From assembly GCA_002189035.1 (NCBI GenBank), contig NEEC01000012.1:1736001-1800000 (forward strand): a stretch of DNA of 64,000 bases. The letters run 5' to 3'. Position numbers and translations under genes: made by a program. Below, piece after piece: positions 15,059 to 25,610 of the stretch (position 1 is its first letter; every line of letters begins with the position of its first letter). The notes beneath the pieces are model-generated. The model did no database searches. It was not told where the DNA came from and worked only from the letters and a program-made list of their open reading frames with translations. Source of the stretch: Utricularia gibba (Eukaryota; Plantae; Magnoliophyta).

Positions 15059-16153
15059 TCACTTCTGACCCTTCTTCTTTAACATGTCTCCCAACATTCT
15101 TATGCCAGAGGCCTTCCTCTTTTCGCTGTCGAACACATTCTGTGGATCGTCGATCATTGCGGGCGAGCCCATGGCATATCCAAGTGGGTTTATACCGTGT
15201 GCGTCCATGGAGCCACACCTCTCTGATATCTTCCGGCAGTTTGCATCCGCCCCTGCTGCAAGAACAGCTGCTGCTGCATCTGCTGCTTTCTTCCATTGCT
15301 CTGTATGCACGGTTAGTCTCTTCATTTCGTCGTCCATTTCTACTCTTGCTCTTTCGACAACTTCCATCCTCGAGTTTATCTGCATTACTGTGCTTCTGCT
15401 CTTATCAAGCTCCTGTTCGGCATCAGCCAGCTTTATTTTCAGTTCATTGATTTCGGATTGAGCAGTTAGGATCTTCGCTGACTTCTCCTCAAGCTGGGAG
15501 ACTAAGTTTCTGTTTTGGAGGGATAGAAGTTCCAGATCTCTGTTCTTCCGTTCTAAACTGGCCTTCAGAATGGAAATCTCATCTTTTACAGGCTCTTCAT
15601 CTACAGGCTCGATGGCTGCTTCCTCCTCTGGGACTTCGCAAACATCAGCTTTGAAAAAAGCATCACCAACTGCTTCATGCCGATCTTTGTTAGATGCATC
15701 AATCTGAATCCCGAAGCTCTTATCTTCAACTTCCACAGCGCTATGAAGCTTGTCCTGTTTCTTAGCTGATTTCAGTTGATTATGTGCAGCTTTCTTTACA
15801 ACATCTGTCGAAGACAGTTGATCCTTTAGACACTTGAGTTCCTCCTGAGCCAGTCCGAGTTGAGATTCCAAGTCTGCGATGCGAGTCCCAAGCTTCTTTG
15901 GATTCGAAAAGGATGAAATACGGGGTGATGGAGTTTCAGATGGTGATACTTTAGGACTCTTTTCAATCCTCGCACGAGAACGCAATGGATCCGAATTGGA
16001 GCTCGATGTTGAACTGGCCGGGGCTCGATTCGGAGGCCGCTGAACAACTTCTGCCACTCTATATTCAAAGAATGGAAACAAGAAATCACCCCAGGTGACG
16101 AGTAGCAAAAACTTAGCTCACAACAGTAATTTCAAGTACCTTGACCCTCTCAT
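15059..16153 (-). CDS. ICR: Interactor of constitutive active ROPs (ICR1/ICR4-like, RIP family) coiled-coil scaffold; exons 16153-16140 and 16058-15059 (337 aa)
   Basis: KKLGTRIADLESQLGLAQEELK and C-terminal EQWKKAADAAAAVL..RKISERCGSMD..SGIRMLGDMLKKKGQK. Start MRGSR joined by an 81-nt GT-AG intron; leader intron donor GTAAGA at 16572. Confidence 0.9.
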
Positions 16154-16344
16154 TTCTCCCTTGGAAAGGTAAAATCAGTTGCTCAGATGGGCGAAGAATG
16201 ATTCATACTGCTGCTTTATTGACAGAATCAGAAGGCTGCTAATCAGGATAACGAGGCAAAAAGAGCTTCAAATGCTGAATAACCTTGATGAAAACAGCAT
16301 ATAGATTGAAAATGGAAGCTTTATCTTTCAAACGAAGAAATTTT

Positions 16345-16660
16345 CCTAACTCAAAGAACAATTCACATGGATCTACACTAAAATGCAACATAACAGTAAG
16401 CCGACAAAGTCCCAGAAACCACTGCCCACAAAGACAGCAATTCTGCAGCCACTGAAATCAACAAAAACCAACGGCAGCCCAACATTTTAAACTATACATA
16501 TACATCTCTAGTCGAAGAAGTTCTCCATCCGAGAACAGTGCTGTAAGGGTCGAAAGTGGGAGCGAATCTTACACTGGTTCCCGGGTTTCATTCATCCTCC
16601 CATCCTCGAAAATGGTCGGTGCACGAAAATGGGTTTCGAGTGGAACTCAGTGGATGGCGT
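16345..16660 (-). promoter_or_regulatory. 5' leader exon and first intron of ICR; diverged third copy of the shared leader cassette
   Basis: Collinear blocks match 22651-22939 and 24921-25209 (see findings). Confidence 0.7.
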
Positions 16661-17053
16661 TATAAGACTGCGTCTACGTGAAAAGGTGCCTCGATTCACG
16701 AGCAGACAGGAGAAAGGGGTTCAAATTGTGGGACACAGCAGCGAGTGAAAAAGTTTTGAACTTTTGAAAGAATGGGGCACATTCAAAGGCCTTGTTTGAT
16801 ATGATGGTACAAGATTGGTTCATGGTAGGTTTAATAAAATTGTGTTATTTGGTATGTGAGTATAATTATACCTTATATATAGGTATAATAATCATTATAT
16901 CCATGTAATATCCTCAAATATGGGTATATGTATATCCAAAGGGAGGTATGGTATTTTTATACCCACATATTTGGATTTAGCCAAACCCAAATAATTTAAA
17001 CCCACTAATACCTAAACCACATCAACCAAACAAAGCCAAAGTGTTGAAATACA

Positions 17054-17984
17054 GGGTCAATTTGATAAATGTCAATCTCTCCCCATTGAAATTTGAGACA
17101 TTTACATGTTTCAAAAACTTTTTGTAATTTGGTCATCTCCAAAATGATCCATTAAAAGAAAATTATTTTTCATTCAAATACACTGACATGTTACTGTATA
17201 TACATGATATATTGATTTTTTTTAATTATTTATTTTCAAAGAAAACCTAATTTTGTTGATGAATATATATAATTACATAGTATTGTATATAATAGTATAA
17301 AATATGCAACAACAAATGAATTGTTAAATAATTTACAAATATAAAACAAATAATAACATACTATTATAGTTAATTATATATAAACATTTATATAATTAAA
17401 TTATTAGTGTAAGCAATCACATAATTAAATTATATAAATATATATACATAATTTATATATCAAAGATTAAATCCATTTTTTTTTATATAAAATGAATGAT
17501 TCAGAAAAAAATTGATGTATTTTTCGTTAATTTTCGTTTTCGAATTAAGTGTATCTCATACACTTACGGAAATACAATAATTTGGAAGAGTCATGCAGTA
17601 TCTACATTCTGCAATCTTCAAAAATCATTATAATAATTTAATTATACAAATTTTTATATATAATTAACTATAATAGGGCGTTATTATTTTTTGTATTTGT
17701 AAATTATTTAACAATTCATTCATTATTGTTTTATATTTTATACTATTATATACAATACTATGTAATTATATATATTTATTAAATAAATTAGTTTTTCTTT
17801 GAAAATATACAATTAAAAAAAATTAATATATCATATATATACATTGACATGTTAGTGTATTTGAATGAAAAATAATTTTATTTTAATGGGTTATTTTCGA
17901 GATGCCCAAATTGCAAAAAAAATTTAAAAGATGGCCATGTCTCAAATTTAAGTGAGGATAGATGGCCAATTCTCAAATTAACTA
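17054..17984. mobile_element. Non-autonomous Mutator-like (MULE/foldback) element with about 350-bp terminal inverted repeats
   Basis: Arms about 17054-17405 and 17627-17984 are reverse complements (e.g. attatttttcattcaaatacactgacatgt vs acatgttagtgtatttgaatgaaaaataat). Flanks ttgaaataca / ttgaaagata look like a degenerate 9-10 bp TSD. No ORF. Confidence 0.8.
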
Positions 17985-19084
17985 TTGAAAGATACGAGCT
18001 TTGAGGGGTGGGGTGCTCAATCCTCTCTTCGTTTGTCGACCGACTGCAATCCCAATCCAATTGCACAGACACGCCAAAACACACCGAAACAAGACAAAAA
18101 GAGTTCCCCACGTTCCATTTGATTTCCTGGAGTTATGATTTTAAAAATATATTAAATATATTTTTAGAATATTATACAAAAAACAGTTAATTAATATTCA
18201 GAAATTGATTTAAATCAATCATCTTCTCCTTCATAACCCAAATCATTTTCATAGTCAATTCTTGAAATTTAAAGTGCCTATTAGTTTTTGAAAACGCACT
18301 CTAAGTCTTTGTTTAATTCAGTTTCTCAAAAAATACATTGTGATAAATATTTCTAAAAAAATAAAATTGGTTATTCACATTTTTTTTAAAAAAAATAATA
18401 ACGTTCTTAAATTATGATCTTTTAAATTACATCTAAAATGTTTTTTTAATAAACATAAATTATTATAAAAAAATTTAATTTCTCAATTATTCTCAGAATC
18501 CATTTTTAAAATATATCCAAAGCACAACATTAGGATTAGAGACGATAAATATAAATAAAAAATGAAAATTGAAATTACTGTTTTTACATTCATTCAAGTG
18601 TTTAATTTTTTTATTTAAATGAAAAAAGACAGAAGCATGTGAAATTAATGTTGAATCCAACTACTACAATACACATTAAAGGCCACGTGTAACGTGCGCA
18701 AATGAATTTAGTGGGCCCATGTGGCCCAAAAACTATAGGGATGCCCAAAATTCATGTACAAAAATCTTCTAGATTAACAAATTTTAAAAGCATCAATCAT
18801 AATGATTAACGAGTTTACACGAAGCAAAATGAATAGAGATTTTCGCAAGAATAATAAAATGATAATTTATTATCCGAATGAATATTAATCGATGAATTAC
18901 TTAATTACGGCATGAATTAGAAAAACTCTAGGCTCCATTATCCGATTATAAATAATTCAAAGGATAAACAAAATAAATTAATTAATTATGCAATAAATTT
19001 ACATAGTATTAAATAGTGTAAAAGATATGAAATTCATTGAATCTTATCACTTAGAAAAAAAAGGGTATTTAGTCCATCATCACT

Positions 19085-19435
19085 TAAAATTAGTCATGAA
19101 CACAAGTATGTACTTATTGAGTCACGAGTTGAATTCGATAAGTTAGATTAAAAAATATAACTCATCGAATCACGAGTAGATGAGTTAGATAATTAGACTC
19201 AACTCGTATTACGAATTGATCCGAATTATATATTTAAAGTACAAATAAATATCTATAGTAACAACCAGATGTTTATGAAAAGAATAACAGGAATGCATAA
19301 CATGGATTATGCGTTAGCATGTGCTTGTCATAACATATGAGTTGAATCAAATCAAACTCAAGTAAGTTATTCATACTAATTCCATACCACTCAACTCACG
19401 AGTAAGTCGGGTCAAGTCATACCCACGTAGGGCTA
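19085..19435. mobile_element. Possible degenerate hAT-type MITE remnant
   Basis: Clustered GAGTT/AACTC(G) short motifs in both orientations at the two ends of an AT-rich core; no clear TIR or TSD. Confidence 0.3.
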
Positions 19436-19742
19436 CTTGAAATACCATGCGTACCTTTTTTTTATTCTAAAAACTTTTTGAATTTAATTACTTATTACGA
19501 ATATTTTAATAATATTATATATATAATTATATTATATTAAATACATAATGAATAATTATTTATTAAAAACGGATCCATGTTCTACACACTTGTCGATTCA
19601 TCAACTAAATTTCACACTTGGTGTGGGGCGGGAACCACATGATGCCATCCATATAAGCTATGTTGCATTGTAATTTGAAGGGATCCACGCGGACACGGGG
19701 ACACTTGAAAATATTTGTACTACAGGAATCCGATACCGGGAC

Positions 19743-19768
19743 ACGCACGCACGCACGCACGCACGCAC
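19743..19768. repeat. (ACGC)6 microsatellite downstream of the TMN12-like stop
   Basis: acgcacgcacgcacgcacgcacgcac read directly. Confidence 0.9.
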
Positions 19769-19918
19769 ATTCTAGGAACAGACGCACAAGCAACCATGAC
19801 ATGTACGACTTAAAACTTACTTCAGTCTCAATGGATTCGAACAAGAAAAAAAGAAAGCCACTCACGCAACAGACAGCTGCCTGCGAGAGGAATAAGCTCA
19901 AATCTGTGGATCAGCGGC

Positions 19919-21897
19919 TCAGTCGATCTTGACGGATGAGAAAAGGTAATGCACAAAGTAGAATGAGGTGAGGAAGCCGATGGTGCCGGTTGAGAGCATG
20001 ATGGCGATTGACATCAAGAGGGAGTAGCCGAGGTAGAGCATGGCGGAGACTGGTCCGCTCAGGCTCTGGAGGTCGAACACCAGGTAGTTGATGGAATACA
20101 GGAACACATAGACGGAGACCGAGCCGGAGGCGAAGAATGCTTTCCACCACCAGGCCCAGTCCTCCACACAGAGATGCATGTAAGTCAAGACAACCGAAAC
20201 TTCAGCGCAAACGATGACCAGCAGCAAAAGGACGATCAGAAGGAATCCAAACACATAGTAGAACCTCCCGAGCCAAATACTAGATAGGATGAAGAAGAGC
20301 TCGATGAAGAGAGTACCGAATGGGAGAGTTCCGGATCCAAGAACAAGCAGCCAGGATGGATATTTGCGTGCGGGGATCTCTCTTGGGATCTGGTTCGTCC
20401 GGACAGGGTATTGAATAGGCGTGGCCTTTGTGCCCAAGTGCCCACCCAAGAGCGTGAGAGGAACTGAGATACAAAACCAGAGAGCTAGAAGTTTGAAATA
20501 TAAAGAAATCGGTATAGCCCCGGTACTTCTGCTTCCCCACAGGATGAAATTCAAGATAGTAAGAATTGCAAAAGCAATGCCGGGAAGAAACAAGCGATTG
20601 ACCAAGCAATCGATCGCCACCCTTCAGAAGACCCTTTAATAGTTGCCCACAATCTCACACCAACATAACCAGCAGCAATTCCAAGGAAAAGATAAAGCAT
20701 TATCATTCCGGTCAACAGCATACCCCTAGAAGCAGGAGAAATGAAACCCAGGGCTGCAAAAACAATAGTGACAACTGCCATCCCAGTAATCTGAACCCCA
20801 TCACCAACCATCACACAGAGTAACTTTGGATGAGATGGTTCTCTAAAGACATCACCGACCACAAGCTTCCACCCTGAAAGCTCCTCATTCATCTGGGCCT
20901 GTGCTTCCTTATCCAATTCTTCATACCTTGTGAGATCCCTTCTCACTGTTCTCAAAAATATGACAAACACAATGCCAGCTAAAAAGAAAATAACCATTAA
21001 AGAGTTGAGAATTGAAAACCAGTGCACACGAGCACCCTCCATCTTCAAATAAACATCCCACCTAGATGGCCACCGGATATCACTTTTTACAAACTCAACC
21101 TCATATGTAAATGTGACTCTCTCCTTCTCTCGTATCACCTGAGAATTCTCCAGTTCTTGTGGACAGTTCACTGGTTCAATCGTATCATACATGTGCAGTT
21201 TTGCCATCTTTTCAGTGTCACGCTTTACACTACATGGAACAACCTCAAAGCCAACAATCTCATACCCAGAAGCCTTCTTGTTATCAGCTTCTGTGATAAC
21301 ACCCATGCCTTCTTCTCCTGTACCAATTATCTGCACGCCAGCTCCTTCGTACTCATGAATCAGCACTTTAAATTTCAGGTGGTTGATGATGTAGTCATCA
21401 TTGCTGTTTGGAGGACTATATCCCACTGGGTAACCAGTCCACAGGATTTTCACCCCATTTTGGATGGCATACCTCATAGCTGGAAGATTATCAAGAATCA
21501 TGTTAACTTGATACAGATCCCTAGTCCTCTGCTTCAAAAGCTTGACCTCATACTCACTCAATGGGGAAGTGGTACAGAGGAACAAAGACTCATTGACATT
21601 CATCTGAAAGCGGTAGGGGGAATTGTAAATCTGATCACCCATCAGTAGCTCTCCAAGATTTTCAGCACTTTTTTTGATGTTTCCGATAGGTTCACAATAA
21701 GGAAGACTATAATAGCTGAACGGAAGCTCTGTCTCTATGGATGTCAATGAATTCACTTTCGCAAGGATTTCATCTTTAGTAGAATATGTATGCATATAGC
21801 TCCCCGGAAGATAAAACGCACTGCATGCTTTGACTAAGAAGAACAAGCATGCTAATGGAAGGCAGAATTTCCATCTAGAAATATGACATAAGGCCAT
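19919..21897 (-). CDS. TMN12: Transmembrane 9 superfamily protein (TMN12-like), intronless CDS with a 1-nt frameshift near 20580-20584 (659 aa if repaired)
   Basis: FYLPGSYMHTY, KSAENLGELLMGD, VHWFSILNS, GWKLVVGDVFR, PVRTNQIPREIP, C-terminal SSVKID. The two ORFs join as CFFP|GIAF if one base is added. Leader-intron acceptor ttttgcag ends at 21967. Confidence 0.9.
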
Positions 21898-22494
21898 CGA
21901 AGAACAGAGGATGCAGAGAGAAATCCTCAAACCAACAATGAAAAGACAAGCTAATAGTAGTGAAATCTGCAAAAGGAAAATTTATAATTTAGCATAATTT
22001 TGGTGAAAAAAGTGCCAAAAATGATTCATGAAATCCTTTCGAATTGTCAGTTAGTTACCAAAGGAAAGAAGATACCTACAACACGCATCCACACACTCTT
22101 AAAACAATATCTCATATAAAGCTCAAGCTAGAATTGAAATAAAAGAATATGCATATTTCCTAAAAACGTAAAGATAGCACACGAAATTCATCCAGATGAA
22201 CAACAATTGACAACATGAACAAAGACACATATAACCTATCCAGAGATCAGTCGCTACAAAGCCAAAAAGTGCAGACAAAACATAATGAGAGTACGTTTTC
22301 CACTTTCTAAGTTTCCGCTATGCTGTCAGAAGGGCTTCACTTTCTAAGACTTTGGAACCAAAGTATAACCAGAGACACCAGTGACACACGCAAAGAAGTG
22401 GTCTCAAAGTATAAGATCGCTTTAGAAAGCATTTTGAACTTACCGTAGATTTGTTCTCAATTCATCAAGTAGGGTTGAAGTTGAAGAACATGTC

Positions 22495-23080
22495 AATAAG
22501 CAGAACCAAGTCCAGTAAACGGAATGAATGAGACCACAGTGGAATTCGAACAAACTGGAGGACCTGGCGTTTGTTCAGATTATAGAAAACCACGCAAACT
22601 CAAAATACAGGTAATAAGCAACCGCAGATCTACGATAATCGAACTATCCCAACTCACAAGAACAATTCAGCTGGATCTACAACAAAATGTAACATTATAT
22701 GCGAAAAATCGCAGAAACCAGTACCACAAAAACAGAACATTTTCAACCGCCCCAATCAAGAGAAACCAACAACTCATGCTTATATCCTTAAAGCCTAAAC
22801 CCCATTCACTATTACATCTCTCTATCTCTAAGATAATCGAAAAATTCCCCAAAAATTTAAACCTTACAGGAACAAACGAATCCAACTTTCGCTCCCAAAT
22901 TACTTCCTTCTCTGCAAATCGTCGGTGAACGAAAATGGGGATGAATCATGTAGGCAAGTAAAAGGCGTTGAAGGCGCTCTCTGTTAACGATATTGGGCCA
23001 GAACGAATTAAAATGGGCCTCCAGTAATCAAATCGAAGCCCACGTAAGCAGAGGATTTATTCTCTGGCCCATTAAGCTGA
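22495..23080 (-). promoter_or_regulatory. Promoter, non-coding exon 1 and intron 1 of the TMN12-like gene; duplicate of the bS6 promoter/leader
   Basis: Collinear similarity to 24708-25350; GTAAGG donor at 22867; site II motifs (TGGGCC/GGCCCA) at about 22995-23072. Confidence 0.8.
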
Positions 23081-24057
23081 GGTTTCATAGCATCGTGGCT
23101 TGTCAAGCTTCTCCTCCAGCTTGGCGACACCGTAAACGCGACGGTCTACGACATCGGTCCCACATCGTTTCTAATCATTTCTTGCTGCCGAAATGACGGA
23201 TTAAATAATATTATTTATTAACAATTTGACACAACATTTTTTCTTTTGTATTAATTTTCTCTTTAAATCTTAATTTATTTAATAAATACTCAACCACAAA
23301 GATTAGAATTACTTTTATTTTACTTCCTCTAATTTATTTTAGAAAAAACTAATAAATTTTATTAATTTGTAATATGCCTTGATCTATATAATAATAGTTT
23401 TTTTTTATTTTGAGTTTTGATTTATACATTCATTTCTTTTTAATTTTTCTTTTTGGTAAATAGAAATTAGTCAATTTTTTGCAATTCAATTTATACGATT
23501 TTCTAATGATTTGAATTTTTTTAATAAAAGACGTAATTATATTTCAAAAAACATTACCTTATGTGAGTTTTTTTTTAAAAAAAATCATATTTGATATTGA
23601 TTCATTTAAAAAAAAATACTAAGCAAAGTTTTAATCATGCAAATTTTTATTTATGGGCCCTTGTTCCATTCTTTGAGAAATTTACAAAACTCATTAAATT
23701 ATCATTTATTCATACTGTTAAAATTTTTGGATGTAATTAATTTTTTATTATTTTTAAAGAGTGATAAAATTGGTCCCAAAAAAATTAGTAATTATTATTC
23801 ACATAAATAATTTGATATACATAATAGTACCTAAGCGTTTATATATTTGATAAAAATAGTTTTTAAAAAATCTTCATATTTAAATCATTTTATTACATTT
23901 ATGTATATTTTTTCTTAATTGTAAAATTTTTTTGTCTGACCACATTTGACCATGTTGGAATATCATTGACTTCACAGTTACCGACAAATTAAACGTCAGA
24001 AAGCATACCAAGTGTGATATAATTTTCAATTTTAACCTGACTACCGTACTTCTTAGG

Positions 24058-24610
24058 TCATTGCTTACTCCCATCGTTGATTTGTGGGTATCCAGCTTCA
24101 GCATCATCTTCTTCATCTTCACTGTCATCATCTTCTGTTGTTTCTCCACCACGAGATGAGCTCCTGAAAAGCTTCAGATCCATATCAGCTTCCAAATCAT
24201 TGAAAAGATCATCCCCAATTTTCACATCACGGTGTTTAATCAAAAGCCACCGCAGTAGTCTGTCTTCCTTGTTCAGATAGTACAGCTCGCTGTTGAAGCT
24301 TGGTGGTGTCATCATTGTCATTTGCATCAGTTGAGCCTACATAAATAATAATTCTATGTTCATCAACATGGAGAGTAGTTCCAATAATACTGGAAGCAAC
24401 TGAACTCAAGAAAATGGCGCACAAAACCTGATAGTAACGACCATCCAGCTTCTTTATGCCATAACCCAGTTGAACACTTCCAAAGGACTTCACATCTGTA
24501 AGAACTCCATTTTTTCTGATGACATGCTTCCCCAATCTAGTAACCAGATCCAAAATAGCCTCACTGGTTACATTTGGCTTCAACAAAAGCATGCAGTTAT
24601 AAAGAGGCAT
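24058..24610 (-). CDS. RPS6: Mitochondrial ribosomal protein bS6; exons 24610-24428 and 24336-24058 (153 aa)
   Basis: MPLYNCMLLLKP..GVLTDVKSFG.VQLGYGIKKLDGRYYQ|AQLMQMTMM..ELYYLNKEDRLLRWLLIKHR, then an acidic tail. A 91-nt GT-AG intron joins the two ORF-track frames. Confidence 0.9.
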
Positions 24611-24707
24611 TTTTTTCTTGATCGATTTTGCCTCTAGACCTGTAAAGAAAAATTTCATAACAAAATTATGATAACAAATGCAGGCTTGAAGTTGGAGAAC
24701 AGAAGTC

Positions 24708-25350
24708 AAAAAGCAGAACAAAGTCTAGAAAACGGAATGAATGGCAGACCACGGTGCAATTCGAACAAACAGGAGGACCTGACGTTTCTTCAGATTAAAT
24801 AAAACAACGCAAACTCAATACTAGGGTCAGAAGTCATCGTCCTCACAAGCTACATCCACAGTAGTCGACTTTCACTAATTTGAATAATGTGCGCATCCTA
24901 TAATATGCATATAAATCTCGAACTACAATTACAATTCACCTGGATCTACAACAAAATGTTACAGCATTATATGCAAAAAAATTCCAGAAACCAGTACCAC
25001 AAAATCTGCAACATCCCAAATCAAGAAAAATTAACAACTCATGCTTATACCCTTAAAGCCCAAACCCCATTCAATATTGCACCTCTCTATCTCTAGAATA
25101 ATCGAAAAATTGCCCAGCTCAAGGACAAATTCAAACCTTACAGGAACGAATCCGACTTTCTCTCCCAAATTTCTTCCTTCTTTGCAGATCGTCGGTGAAC
25201 GAAAATGGGGAAGAATCATGAAGCCAAGTAAAATGCATTGAATGCACTCTAGGTTAAGGATATTGGGCTAGGAAAATTAACATGGGCCTCTAGTAATCAA
25301 GTCGAAGCCCATGTAAGCAAGGGATTTATTCGCTGGCCCATTAAACTGAA
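24708..25350 (-). promoter_or_regulatory. bS6 promoter/leader (donor 25141, acceptor ending 24640); site II cluster shared head-to-head with the kinesin
   Basis: TGGGCT/TGGGCC/AGCCCA/GGCCCA motifs at about 25263-25342; GTAAGG donor; tttctttacag acceptor. Confidence 0.75.
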
Positions 25351-25610
25351 CTTCTCACGACGCAGGTAGGAGGAGCATTCAAATTTCAAAAAACTAACGG
25401 CTTTTTCAGCATGACGTTACAAACGAATTTAACCGTCCCACAGAAACTGATTCAAAACTCGAAACAGCATCCTCTTGTAACATGGAGCATCACGAATGCC
25501 ACGCTTTCTCTCTGTGTTAACAACCCCGTTCTTACTTTATCATACATTATTTGGCAGCTGAAGTTTCAAACTTCTTGCAATAGATCTGTTTTGTTGATTA
25601 GAGTTGAAAT

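Noticed and set aside
14889-15461. Long antisense or alternate-frame ORFs over ICR, TMN12, TCP, bZIP and HGO
   Set aside because: Shadow ORFs expected opposite GC-rich coding sequence, with no independent motifs.
24236-24721. 161-aa ORF-track call for bS6
   Set aside because: It reads through the leader intron and the 91-nt coding intron; splicing gives the normal protein.
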